Source: an archaeon
GTDB lineage: Archaea; Iainarchaeota; Iainarchaeia; Iainarchaeales; JANQMZ01
Length of the DNA: 32,000 nucleotides
Assembly: GCA_028279805.1 (NCBI GenBank)
Contig: JANQMZ010000007.1
Coordinates: 210,001 to 242,000, forward strand
Reading direction: 5' to 3'
A program made the translations under genes and the position numbers. Below are positions 13,791-23,383 of this stretch, piece by piece; positions within the stretch are counted from its first letter, which is position 1; the number at the start of each line of letters is the position of its first letter. The notes under the pieces are model-generated. The model searched no databases. It saw only the letters and a list, made by a program, of their open reading frames with translations, and was not told where the DNA came from.

Positions 13791-16457
13791 ATGGGTTTGG
13801 ACAAAAAAAAACTGGCAAAACAATTTCAAAAAGACTGGAAAAAACACTACAAAGTGAAATTCTTAGAACAAAGCGGTTTTAAAAGAATTAAATGTCAGTC
13901 CTGCGGAAAACATTTTTGGTCATTGGATTCTGACAGAAAAACTTGTGCTGATTCAAGTTGTGTTGGATTTGAATTTATCGGACAAAAAGGAAAAAATTTG
14001 GGTTATACTGAAACATGGGAAAAAATTGAAAAATATTTTACAAACAAAGGACACAAATCCATTACCCGTTATCCAACTGTTTGCAGGTGGCGTGATGATT
14101 TATATTTTACTAATGCTTCAATTATTGATTTTCAGCCTTACGTTGTTTCCGGTGAAATTGAGCCTCCGGCAAATCCTTTGATTGTGCCACAGCCAAGCAT
14201 CAGGTTTAGTGATATTGAAAATGTCGGAGTAACAGGACAGCATTATTCTTCGTTCATAATGTTCGGACAGCATGCTTTTAATTCAAAAAAAACAGGATTG
14301 TTTTACTGGAAAGATGAAGCACTGGAACATGATTTTAATTATTTAACAAAAGTTTTGGGCGTAAAAAAAGAAGACATAACTTTTATTGAAGATGTTTGGA
14401 TGGGTGGAGGAACTTTTGGCCCGAGTATTGAATATGCAGCAAAAGGTGTGGAACTGGGTAATTGTGTGTTTATGCAGTTTAAAGATTTGGGTAAAGGAAA
14501 ATTTGAGGAATTGCCGACAAAAGTTATTGATATGGGAGCCGGACTGGAAAGGCTGGCATGGTATACTAATGGCAGCCCCACAAGTTATGAAATTACATTC
14601 GGACCTGTTGTGCAGAAAATGAAAAAAAATGCAGGCATAAAAATTGACAACAAGTTGTTCACAGAATTTTCAAAACTTTCAGGTGCACTTGACGTTGAAA
14701 CTCATAATGTTAAAGAAAAAAGAGAAAAAATTGCAAAGCAATTAAAAGTTGATGAAGAGGAATTTTTTGGCACTTTAAAGCCTTTGCAGGCTGTTTATGC
14801 TTCAGCAGACCATTTGAAAACATTGCTGTATACGGTTGGTGACGGGCAAATGCCAAGCAATGGTTCAGGCGGATATAATCTGAGAATGCTGTTAAGAAGA
14901 GTTTTTGGTTTTAATGAAGAGTTTGATTTAAGGCTTGATTTTATCCAGGTGTTAAGAGAACATGCTGATTATTTGAAAGATTTTGACCCGATTTTAAAAG
15001 AAAATGTTGAAACTGTTGTTCAGGTAATTGAAGAAGAAGAAAAAAAGTTTGAAGAAACAAAATTAAAAGGAGCAAGAAAAATTGAAACAATTGTTAAAAA
15101 GAATAAAAAAATTGATTCAAAAGAATTAATTAAATTATATGAAAGTGATGGTATTTCTCCTGAATTAATTGAAGAAAAAGCACAGGAAGCCGGTGTTAAA
15201 ATAAATATTCCTGAAAATTTTTATGGTTTGATTGCTGCAAAAAATGAAAAAGACAAAAAACTGATAAAACATGAAATTGATGTAAGGCCTTACAAAAAAA
15301 CAAAAACATTGTTTTATGAGGATTCTTATTTAAGGGAATGCAATGCAACTGTTTTGGGAGTAATAGACAAAGGAATTATTTTGGATCAGACTGTTTTTTA
15401 TGCAGAGGGAGGAGGACAGGAATCCGATGAAGGTTTTATTGACGGCATAAAAGTTGAATTTGTTGAAAATGTGGACGGAGTATTGATACATTTTGTTGAA
15501 AATCCTGATAAATTTAAAAGAGGAAAAAAAGTTTTTTGTGAAATTGATTGGAACAGAAGAATTGATTTAATGAGGCATCATACCGGTGCTCATCTGTTAA
15601 ATGCAGCAGCAAGACAGGTTTTGGGAAAACATGTCTGGCAGACAGGAGCCCATAAAGCAAGAGAAAAAGCACATTTAGATATAACCCATTACAAGCGTAT
15701 TACCGGTAAAGAATTAAAACAAATGGAGTTATTGGCTAACCAGTTTGCATTGGAACAGCATGAAGTTGAAACAATGTTTATGCTGAGAAATGAAGCTGAA
15801 AAAAAATACGGATTCAGGTTATACCAGGGAGGGTTTGTGCCTGGAAAAACAATCAGAATTGTTAATGTTAAAAGTGTTGATGTTGAAGCATGCGGCGGAA
15901 CACATTTAAAAAATTCGTCAGAAGTCGGGTTATTCAAAATTTTAAAAAGAGAAGGAATTCAGGACGGAGTTGAAAGAATTGTATATGTATGCGGGTTGCC
16001 TGCAATTAAGGAAATGCAGAAAAAAGAAAGCTTGTTAAAAGATGCAGCTGAAAAACTTTCGGTTCCTGAAAAAAGTTTAACAAAAACAACTCAAAGATTT
16101 TTTAATGAATGGAAAGAGCAGAAAAAAACAATTGAATCACTGGAAAAAGAATTGATTGAATTAAAAACAGCAGAATTGCTGAAAATGGATGAAGAGATAA
16201 TCACAACTTATGTTCACGGACTGACTGCACAGGGTTTGATGAATTTGGCTAAAAAAGTTTTAAATGAAAAAGAAAATTCTTTATTGATAATAGGTTCAGG
16301 GGAAAATGTTTTTGCATTATCCGGAAAAAAATGTTCAAAAAATGCAAAAAAAGAACTGGCATTATTGTTACAGGAAACAAAATGGCAGGGTGGAGGCAAT
16401 GAAAAGCTTGCAAGGGGCAAAGTCCAAAATGCAAAAGAGTTGGAAAAACTGCTTTAA
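13791..16457 (+). CDS. alaS: Alanine--tRNA ligase (archaeal type, 888 aa)
   Basis: The N-terminal region is typical of archaeal AlaRS (FWSLD..., FQPYVVSGE, PQPSIRFSDIENVG, FEMLG-like FIMFGQHAF). The editing domain carries HTGAHLLN and CGGTHL. The C-terminus is a DHHA1-like GGGNEKLARGK. Confidence 0.95.
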   Translation: MGLDKKKLAKQFQKDWKKHYKVKFLEQSGFKRIKCQSCGKHFWSLDSDRKTCADSSCVGFEFIGQKGKNLGYTETWEKIEKYFTNKGHKSITRYPTVCRWRDDLYFTNASIIDFQPYVVSGEIEPPANPLIVPQPSIRFSDIENVGVTGQHYSSFIMFGQHAFNSKKTGLFYWKDEALEHDFNYLTKVLGVKKEDITFIEDVWMGGGTFGPSIEYAAKGVELGNCVFMQFKDLGKGKFEELPTKVIDMGAGLERLAWYTNGSPTSYEITFGPVVQKMKKNAGIKIDNKLFTEFSKLSGALDVETHNVKEKREKIAKQLKVDEEEFFGTLKPLQAVYASADHLKTLLYTVGDGQMPSNGSGGYNLRMLLRRVFGFNEEFDLRLDFIQVLREHADYLKDFDPILKENVETVVQVIEEEEKKFEETKLKGARKIETIVKKNKKIDSKELIKLYESDGISPELIEEKAQEAGVKINIPENFYGLIAAKNEKDKKLIKHEIDVRPYKKTKTLFYEDSYLRECNATVLGVIDKGIILDQTVFYAEGGGQESDEGFIDGIKVEFVENVDGVLIHFVENPDKFKRGKKVFCEIDWNRRIDLMRHHTGAHLLNAAARQVLGKHVWQTGAHKAREKAHLDITHYKRITGKELKQMELLANQFALEQHEVETMFMLRNEAEKKYGFRLYQGGFVPGKTIRIVNVKSVDVEACGGTHLKNSSEVGLFKILKREGIQDGVERIVYVCGLPAIKEMQKKESLLKDAAEKLSVPEKSLTKTTQRFFNEWKEQKKTIESLEKELIELKTAELLKMDEEIITTYVHGLTAQGLMNLAKKVLNEKENSLLIIGSGENVFALSGKKCSKNAKKELALLLQETKWQGGGNEKLARGKVQNAKELEKLL

Positions 16458-16469
16458 AAGGTGTTATAA

Positions 16470-19346
16470 GTGAATTTTAGCTCTATTGAAAAAAATAGTC
16501 AGAAAACTTGGGAAGATGAAAAACTTTTTTCTCCGGAAATTGATTCAGAAAAAAAAGGATTTTACATTCAGGTTGCTTACCCGTATCCAAGCGGGGCAAT
16601 GCATATAGGACATGCAAAAACGTACACTACTACAGATATTATTGCAAAATACAAAATGCTTGCAGGCTATAATGTGTTAATGCCAATGGGATGGCATGTT
16701 TCAGGAACACCCGTGCTGGCAAGCGTTGAAAAATTAAAGGAAAAAGATTCTGAAACAGTTAAAATTTTTACAGAAAATTTTAAAATTCCTGAAAAAGATT
16801 TAAAAAAAATGCATACGCCTGATGGCCTTGTTAATTATATGGTTGATGAAGCGGAATACGGTTACAAAAAAGGAATGAAAATTTTGGGATTCGGAATTGA
16901 CTGGAGAAGAGAGTTGAAAACAATTGATGAACAATATAAAAAATTTATTGAATGGCAGTATGAAAAACTGAATCAAAAAAAATTAATCGGAAAAGGAAAA
17001 TATCCGATTCGTTATTCACCAAAAGACAAAATGGCTGTCGGAGACCATGATTTGAAAGAGGGAGAAGGAATAGGAATTCAGGAATTTACTTTGCTGAAAT
17101 TCAAACTTGAAGGATTTAAGAACAGGTTTTTGGTTGCAGCTACTTTAAGGCCTGAAACAGTTTACGGGCAGACAAATTTATGGTTAAATCCGGAATACAA
17201 ATACACTGTCATAAAAACAGGTAAAGAGGAATGGATTTTAAGTGAAAAAGCGGCAGAAAAGTTAATTTATCAAAAAGAAAACATAAAAAAAATTGGGAAA
17301 ATGAACTCAAGAGAGCTTTTAGGTGAAAAAGTTGAAGCTCCTGGAATTGACAGAAAAATTCCGATCTGGCCTGCTTCTTTTTGTGATCCTGAAATTGGCT
17401 CAGGAATTGTAACAAGTGTTCCGAGTGATGCTCCTATCGACATGGCCGCTTTGATTGACCTGCAGTCTGATGAAAGCATTGCAAAAAAACACGGGCTTGA
17501 TTTTGAGGAAATTAAAAATACAAAAATTATTCCGATTATTAAGACCAAAAAATTCGGAGAAAATGCAGGGGAAAAAATTTTAAAAGAAATGAATATAAAA
17601 AATCAAAAAGAGCTTGATAAGCTAGAAAAAGCAAAAGAAATTGTTTACAAAGAAGGGTTTCATTCAGGAGTCATGCTTGAAGCTGCCGGAAAATTCAAGG
17701 GATTAAAAGTTTCAAAAGCAAAAGATTTGATTAAGGAAGAATTGATTAAACAGGGAAAAGCTGATTTATTTTTTGAACTTGAAGGAAAAGTTGTTTCCAG
17801 GTCGGGCGGAGAATGTGTTGTTCGTTTGCTTGATGACCAGTGGTTTGTAAAATATGGCAATAAAGAATGGAAAAAGAACAGTAAAAAAGATTTGGACGGA
17901 ATGAAAATTGTTCCGGAAGTTTTTAGAAAACAGTATGAACAGATTTTTAACTGGCTTGATGACAAGCCTTTGACCCGTGCCAAAGGCCTGGGTACAAAAT
18001 TTCCATGGCAAAAAGACCAGGTAATTGAACCGCTGGGAGATTCAACTGTTTACATGGCTTATTTTACTATTGCACATTTGATTAATACAATTGAAGCTCA
18101 AAAGTTAAACGATGAGTTTTTTGATTTTATTTTTCTGGGAAAAGGTTCAGCAAAAAATGTTGCCGATAAAACCGGTTTAAAAGTGGATTTAATTGAGGAA
18201 TTGAAAAAAAATTTTGATTATTGGTATCCTCTGGCTTTTAATGTTTCAGCCATTGAATTGATTCCGAATCATATGAGTTTCAGCATTTTTCAGCATAATG
18301 CAATTTTTCCTCAAAACAAAAGGCAGATTGGCACAATTAATTTGGGAATGCTTATTTTGGAAGGAAAAAAAATGAGCTCATCAAAAGGAAATGTTATTCT
18401 GATTAATGATATTTGCAAAAAAATGGGAACTGATTATGTCAGGTTTTCTTTAATGAATTTTGTTGAACCGTGGGAAGAAATGAACTGGCAGTCAAAAGAA
18501 GTGTCAAAAGGAATTAAAAATTTGAATAATTTTGTTGAACAAATTTTCAAACTTGCAAACTCGGTTGATGAAGAAAAAATTGATTTAAAAAAATTAAATG
18601 ATGTGGATAAATGGTTTTTGAACCGGATAAATTTTAGAATTAACAATTATATTGGAAAAATGAATGAATTTGAATTAAGATCAGCCTTGCAGGAAATGTC
18701 CTTTAATTTGGCAAAAGATTTTAAGTGGTATAAAAGAAGAAATTCAAAATTAAACAATGCGATTATTTTTTATTTTGTTAAAAACTGGTGTAAAATTATT
18801 TCACCTTTTATGCCTCACCTGGCTGAAGAATTATGGAGGCATGTTTTGAAACAAAAAAACTCCGTTTTTTTATCAGGTTTGCCTGAAAAGCAAAAAATTG
18901 ACAAATCAGTGGGGGCGGGAGAAAACTTAATTGAAAAAGTTTTGGATGACGTTATTGCCATTAAGGCTTTGGCTAAAATTGAAAAACCTAAAAAAATTGT
19001 TTTTTACATTGCCGATGAATGGAAATGGAATGCTTTGAAATTGCTGAAAAAAGTGGACAGGCCTGATTTTGGCTTGGTTATAAAAACTTTAATGGCTGAT
19101 AAAACTGTTAAAAAACAGGGTAAAACTGCTCAACTGGTAGCAAAAGAATTTTCTTCAAGATTAATGGAGTTTAAAGATTTGGAAAAAATTGATGAGGAAA
19201 AAATTTTGAATGATTCAAAGGAGTTTCTGTTAAAGGAATTGAATGCTCAAAAAATTGAAATTTTTCATGAGAAAAAATCAGGTTTTGACCCCCAAAACAA
19301 AGCGGTTAAATCAATGCCGGGAAAGCCTGCAATTTATTTGGAGTAA
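16470..19346 (+). CDS. leuS: Leucine--tRNA ligase (archaeal/eukaryotic type, 958 aa)
   Basis: The start is GTG, with aaggtg 6 nt upstream. The HIGH motif is AMHIGHAKTY and the KMSKS motif is KMSSSKGN. A large CP1 editing insertion is present. The gene begins 12 nt after the alaS stop, so the two are probably co-transcribed. Confidence 0.95.
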   Translation: MNFSSIEKNSQKTWEDEKLFSPEIDSEKKGFYIQVAYPYPSGAMHIGHAKTYTTTDIIAKYKMLAGYNVLMPMGWHVSGTPVLASVEKLKEKDSETVKIFTENFKIPEKDLKKMHTPDGLVNYMVDEAEYGYKKGMKILGFGIDWRRELKTIDEQYKKFIEWQYEKLNQKKLIGKGKYPIRYSPKDKMAVGDHDLKEGEGIGIQEFTLLKFKLEGFKNRFLVAATLRPETVYGQTNLWLNPEYKYTVIKTGKEEWILSEKAAEKLIYQKENIKKIGKMNSRELLGEKVEAPGIDRKIPIWPASFCDPEIGSGIVTSVPSDAPIDMAALIDLQSDESIAKKHGLDFEEIKNTKIIPIIKTKKFGENAGEKILKEMNIKNQKELDKLEKAKEIVYKEGFHSGVMLEAAGKFKGLKVSKAKDLIKEELIKQGKADLFFELEGKVVSRSGGECVVRLLDDQWFVKYGNKEWKKNSKKDLDGMKIVPEVFRKQYEQIFNWLDDKPLTRAKGLGTKFPWQKDQVIEPLGDSTVYMAYFTIAHLINTIEAQKLNDEFFDFIFLGKGSAKNVADKTGLKVDLIEELKKNFDYWYPLAFNVSAIELIPNHMSFSIFQHNAIFPQNKRQIGTINLGMLILEGKKMSSSKGNVILINDICKKMGTDYVRFSLMNFVEPWEEMNWQSKEVSKGIKNLNNFVEQIFKLANSVDEEKIDLKKLNDVDKWFLNRINFRINNYIGKMNEFELRSALQEMSFNLAKDFKWYKRRNSKLNNAIIFYFVKNWCKIISPFMPHLAEELWRHVLKQKNSVFLSGLPEKQKIDKSVGAGENLIEKVLDDVIAIKALAKIEKPKKIVFYIADEWKWNALKLLKKVDRPDFGLVIKTLMADKTVKKQGKTAQLVAKEFSSRLMEFKDLEKIDEEKILNDSKEFLLKELNAQKIEIFHEKKSGFDPQNKAVKSMPGKPAIYLE

Positions 19347-19771
19347 AAACCTTTGTTTTCATAATCTAAATACATTTTACAGCATAGTGAACCTTTGCTT
19401 ACAGCTTCATGCAAATCTTCCGAAGTGCCCCATTTTATTGCTTGATATTGTGTAATTCCTTTTATAGGCTGAGGTGCTTTTGGTTTTCCGTGCACTATCT
19501 CTGCTTCATATTCTTTCATATTAAGAATATATTTTTCCCGTTCTGTCTGGTCTTCCCCAATAAGTTTAATTATTTTGAGCTTTACTCCAAGTTTTTGTTT
19601 TCCTGAACGCAATGTTGCTTTTTCAAAAGATTCATCTTCTTTAACTGAACCTGCTGGTAAACCCCAAGCCCCTGGCAGGTTTTCATCATCGTCTGGCCTT
19701 TTAACTATTAAAAATTTTGATCTGTCTTCAGTGTAAATCACATAAGAAATTGCGTTCTTTACTGGTTTCAT
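19334..19771 (-). CDS. Nudix-fold protein with a degenerate Nudix box (145 aa)
   Basis: GSVKEDESFEKATLRSGKQKLGV aligns with Gx5Ex7REUxEExGU. G, E, R and GU are conserved, but REUxEE is replaced by RSGKQK. It lies 39 nt downstream of the RSH gene on the same strand. A minus-strand TATA-like tttatataa lies in the gap. The 3' end overlaps leuS convergently by 13 nt. Confidence 0.8.
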   Translation of the reverse strand: MKPVKNAISYVIYTEDRSKFLIVKRPDDDENLPGAWGLPAGSVKEDESFEKATLRSGKQKLGVKLKIIKLIGEDQTEREKYILNMKEYEAEIVHGKPKAPQPIKGITQYQAIKWGTSEDLHEAVSKGSLCCKMYLDYENKGFYSK

Positions 19772-19810
19772 ATCTTTTATAGGAGCAGAGACTTATATAA
19801 AATTTTTCAT

Positions 19811-21595
19811 TTATTTTGAGAGTCCTTCTTCAACATTTGTAACTTTTTTAACTTTTTTAAGTGCTTTCATGGCTTTGTCAAATTTGGTTTTTGTTTTTGC
19901 ATCAACCCTGAATTCAACGTAAAGATTTTGACCAAGCCTTTCCTGATAAACATTTTCAATATTTATTTTAAATTTTGAAAGCACGCCAGTTAAGTCATGC
20001 ATTAAGCCTATTCTGTCACCTGCTCTTACAAAAATATATTTTAAACCTATTTTTTTGTCGGATTTTCTGGTTGACAATTTTAATGCTTTTATTATTTTTT
20101 CTTTTGTCTGAAGAGAATTTGTCATCTGAAGCCAGTCCGTTGAAACTGTTTTCTTTTTTGATTTGACGCATTCAATTCTGTTTCCGGAATGAAGTTCTGT
20201 GAAAAAAGGAACTTCTTTTCCGTTAACAAAAACTTTTTTTAGGTTGTTTCCTGTGTTTTTGTCAATGTGATATGCATAGTCCAGAGCAGTTGAATGTGAA
20301 GGTAAAGAATCAATTTTGCCGCTGTTGTCAAAAACAAAAATATGGTTTTGCAAAAATTCTTCTTTTAATGCGTCAAAAAATTTGTCACTTGACGCCAGTT
20401 TTAATTCTAAAACAGCTGCGGCTCTTCCAAGTTTTTTCTGGTAAAGAGTTTTTGAGCCTTTTTCAGGATCCAGGGCTGCTATTCCTTTTCTGGCAATTTT
20501 GTCCATTCTTTCAGAACGAATATAAACACGTACAGGCAGGCCTTTTGGGCCCAAAACTGTTGTGTGAATTGAACTGTATGTTCCGTCTCTTGGAACCGCT
20601 ATAAAGTCTTTTAATTTTCCGGGAATTGGGTAAAAAGTTGAATGAATTAAACCTAAAACTTCATAGCATTCAGTGAAATTTTTGGTAACAACTACCAGTA
20701 CAAGATAGTCATATATTTCGTCAAGTGAACGGTTTCCTTTTTTCATTTTTGCATAAATGTTATACAAGCTTTTTTCAAGAGTGTAAAAACGATAATTTCT
20801 GAAAGGAAAAACAATTTTGTTTTTTAAAATTTGAATCATTGAATCTGTTTGTTTTAACTTTGATTTTTTTTGTTTTTTAATTTTTTCTGACAATTCCTGA
20901 AATATTTTTGGTTCAAGAATTTTAAAACTTGAATCTTCCATTTCCCTTGCAATTGAATGCAATCCGAACCGGTGTGCTAACGGTGCATAAACCTGTAAAA
21001 TTTGGTTGGCAATTCTTTTCCTTTTTTTTGGTTTTAAATATGATAATGTTCTTGAATTATGAAGCTTGTCTGCAAGTTTTATCAAAATGACTCTGTAATC
21101 TTTTACCGATGCCAACAAAAGTTTTTGAAAAGATTTTAATTCTGCGGTTTTTCTTCCTTCAAGGGAAATTATGTCAAGTTTTGTTACTCCTTTAACAAGT
21201 TCTAAAACTGTTTTTCCGAATTTTTCTTCAACTTCTTTTTCTGTAGCATCAGTATCTTCCAAAACGTCATGCAATAGTCCTGCAATTATTATTTCATTTG
21301 AAACGTTGTATTCAAGCAAAATGTTTGCAGTTTCATAAAGATGAACAAAATATTTTTCGCCCGATTCTCTTTTTTGTTTTGAATGTTTTTCTTCGGCAAA
21401 AATAAAAGCTTCTTTTATTTTTTTTATATTTGGTTTTTTTATGTTTTTCCTGGCTTTTTTTAATAAAAGTTTTAATTCTTTTCTGAAAAGTTTTGCTTCT
21501 TTTTTTGTAAATGCTTTTAAAAAATCAAGTTTTGGCAGGCTTGGAACGCTTTTCAAAATGGGTTTTTTTGACATATTATAGTATATTTGAAGCAA
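19811..21595 (-). CDS. RelA/SpoT homologue (long RSH): HD hydrolase domain, degenerate synthetase-like domain, TGS and ACT
   Basis: HD motifs: HSKQKRESGEKYFVH, LLHDVLEDT, KLADKLHNSRTL. Synthetase-like region: EKSLYNIYAKM, IYDYLVLVVV, FIAVPRDGTYSSIHTTVLGPKGLPVRVYIRS. TGS: IFVFDNSGKIDSLPSHSTALDYAYHI...VNGKEV...LHSGNRIE. C-terminal ACT-like: IFVRAGDRIGLMHDLTGVLSKFKINI. The likely true start is the ATG at 21574 (MSKKPILK), 21 nt downstream of a minus-strand TATA tttttataaa (21605-21596). Confidence 0.9.
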   Translation of the reverse strand: MLQIYYNMSKKPILKSVPSLPKLDFLKAFTKKEAKLFRKELKLLLKKARKNIKKPNIKKIKEAFIFAEEKHSKQKRESGEKYFVHLYETANILLEYNVSNEIIIAGLLHDVLEDTDATEKEVEEKFGKTVLELVKGVTKLDIISLEGRKTAELKSFQKLLLASVKDYRVILIKLADKLHNSRTLSYLKPKKRKRIANQILQVYAPLAHRFGLHSIAREMEDSSFKILEPKIFQELSEKIKKQKKSKLKQTDSMIQILKNKIVFPFRNYRFYTLEKSLYNIYAKMKKGNRSLDEIYDYLVLVVVTKNFTECYEVLGLIHSTFYPIPGKLKDFIAVPRDGTYSSIHTTVLGPKGLPVRVYIRSERMDKIARKGIAALDPEKGSKTLYQKKLGRAAAVLELKLASSDKFFDALKEEFLQNHIFVFDNSGKIDSLPSHSTALDYAYHIDKNTGNNLKKVFVNGKEVPFFTELHSGNRIECVKSKKKTVSTDWLQMTNSLQTKEKIIKALKLSTRKSDKKIGLKYIFVRAGDRIGLMHDLTGVLSKFKINIENVYQERLGQNLYVEFRVDAKTKTKFDKAMKALKKVKKVTNVEEGLSK

Positions 21596-21605
21596 TTTAT
21601 AAAAA
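21596..21605 (-). promoter_or_regulatory. Candidate TATA box for the RSH gene
   Basis: The minus strand reads tttttataaa immediately after the argS stop. It is 21 nt upstream of the ATG at 21574, which fits a leaderless or short-leader transcript. Confidence 0.35.
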
Positions 21606-21609
21606 TCTT

Positions 21610-23319
21610 TTACATTTGCTCTAATGGTTCAACATTTAACAATTTTAAGGCTTTTTTCAGGACAATTGAAAAAGCTTTTACAAGTGAGAGTCTTGCTTTA
21701 ACGGTTTCCTTGTTTTCAGCATTTAAAACGGGGATATCCTGGTAAAAAGAATTAAACGAGGTGGCCAATTCGTTTAAATAAATGCATAAATGATGCATTG
21801 AATTTGAAGAGCGGCTTTTTTGAACAGCATCTTTAAAATGCCATAATTTTTTTATAACTTCAAGTTCTTTTTTTTCTTTCAACAAAGAAAAATCTGCATT
21901 TTCAGGATTTGAAGCTTTTCTTAAAATTCCTTTTGCTCTTGCATAAGAATACATTAAATATGGTCCTGAGTCTCCCTCAAAAGATAATGATTGCTGGGGA
22001 ACAAATGTAAAATTTTTTTTGGAATCAATTTTTAACATTGAAAATTTTATTGCTGCAAGAGCTATTTTTAACGCTCTTTTTTCTAATTCATCTTTTTTTA
22101 CATTTGGAAATCTTTTAATAATTTCTTTTTGTGCGGAATTTTTTAACTGTTTTATTAAATCATCAGCATCAATTGTGTTGCCTTCACGGCTTTTTAATTT
22201 TCCTTCAGGCAATAAAACCAGGCCATAACTTAAATGATGAGATTTTTTTGCTTCACTGTAACCCAATAAATCCATTATTTTGAACAATTGTTTAAAATAC
22301 AAGTCTTGTTCTGATGCAACAACATAATAACTTTCATCAAATTTGTAATCTTTAAATTTTTTTAACATTAAAACCATGTCCTGGTTAATGTAAATTGATG
22401 AACCGTCTGAGCGCAGAATTATTTTGTTCGGAATTTTATATTTTTCCAAATCAGCTATAATTCTGTTTTTATCATCTTTAACAAAAACACCTGTTTTTAG
22501 CCCTTTTTTTATCAAAGGTTTTGCTTTGTCATACAAATCTGATTCAAAATAAATTTTGTCAAATTCTGAACCGAATGTTTTGTAAGTTTCTTTAAAACCT
22601 TCAAGAGCCCAGTCTCTTGATTTTTTCCATAATGCTCTTACATTTTTATCTTTTCTTTCCCAGTCTAAAAGCATTTTTTGTGCTTCTTTTTCAAGTGTTT
22701 CATCTTTTTTTGCTTTTTCGTGAAACAAAACATAATATTTTCCGGCAAACTTGTCTCCTTTTAATTTTTCTTTTTCAGGTGTTGAATTTTTTCCGAATTT
22801 TTTGTATGCAACAAGCCCCTGGCAGATGTGAATGCCCCGGTCATTTATTATGTTTACTCGTGCGACTTTGTTTTCATAAAATTCGAGCAAATTTGAAAAA
22901 GCCATTCCGATGCTGTCATTTCTTAAATGCCCTAAATGTAAAGGTTTATTTGGATTTGGCTGGGAATATTCCACTACAATTTTTTTATTTTCAGGTTTTG
23001 GTTTTCCAAAATTTTCTTTTTTTTCAAAAATTTCTGTTAAAATTTTTTGAGTTAAAAATGTGCTGTTGACAAAAAAATTCAGATAAGGCCCTGCTGCTTC
23101 CGCTTTTGATAATTCTTTTGGCATTTTTAATTTTTGTGAAAGATTTTTTGCAATTTCATTCGGGTTTTTTTTAAGCTCTTTTGCGAGCAAAAAACAGGGA
23201 AAAGCGTAATCACCGAGCTTTGAATCCGGGGGAATTTCCAACGCTTTTATTATCTGCTTTTCTTTTAATGAGGAAACTTCCTTGGATAAAAGTTTTGCGA
23301 TTATTGTTTTAAAATGCAT
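21610..23319 (-). CDS. argS: Arginine--tRNA ligase
   Basis: The HIGH-type motif is NPNKPLHLGHLRN, the MSTR-like region is KLKSREGN, and a C-terminal DALR anticodon-binding-like region is present. The track ORF extends to 23421. That extension would overlap the divergent gene starting at 23384, so the ATG at 23319 (MHFKTIIAKLL...) is preferred. Confidence 0.93.
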   Translation of the reverse strand: MHFKTIIAKLLSKEVSSLKEKQIIKALEIPPDSKLGDYAFPCFLLAKELKKNPNEIAKNLSQKLKMPKELSKAEAAGPYLNFFVNSTFLTQKILTEIFEKKENFGKPKPENKKIVVEYSQPNPNKPLHLGHLRNDSIGMAFSNLLEFYENKVARVNIINDRGIHICQGLVAYKKFGKNSTPEKEKLKGDKFAGKYYVLFHEKAKKDETLEKEAQKMLLDWERKDKNVRALWKKSRDWALEGFKETYKTFGSEFDKIYFESDLYDKAKPLIKKGLKTGVFVKDDKNRIIADLEKYKIPNKIILRSDGSSIYINQDMVLMLKKFKDYKFDESYYVVASEQDLYFKQLFKIMDLLGYSEAKKSHHLSYGLVLLPEGKLKSREGNTIDADDLIKQLKNSAQKEIIKRFPNVKKDELEKRALKIALAAIKFSMLKIDSKKNFTFVPQQSLSFEGDSGPYLMYSYARAKGILRKASNPENADFSLLKEKKELEVIKKLWHFKDAVQKSRSSNSMHHLCIYLNELATSFNSFYQDIPVLNAENKETVKARLSLVKAFSIVLKKALKLLNVEPLEQM

Positions 23320-23383
23320 GGAATAATTAGAAAAAACCCTTTTAATAAGGTTTTCCAGCTCTACTTTTTTTTGGTGAAATTGG

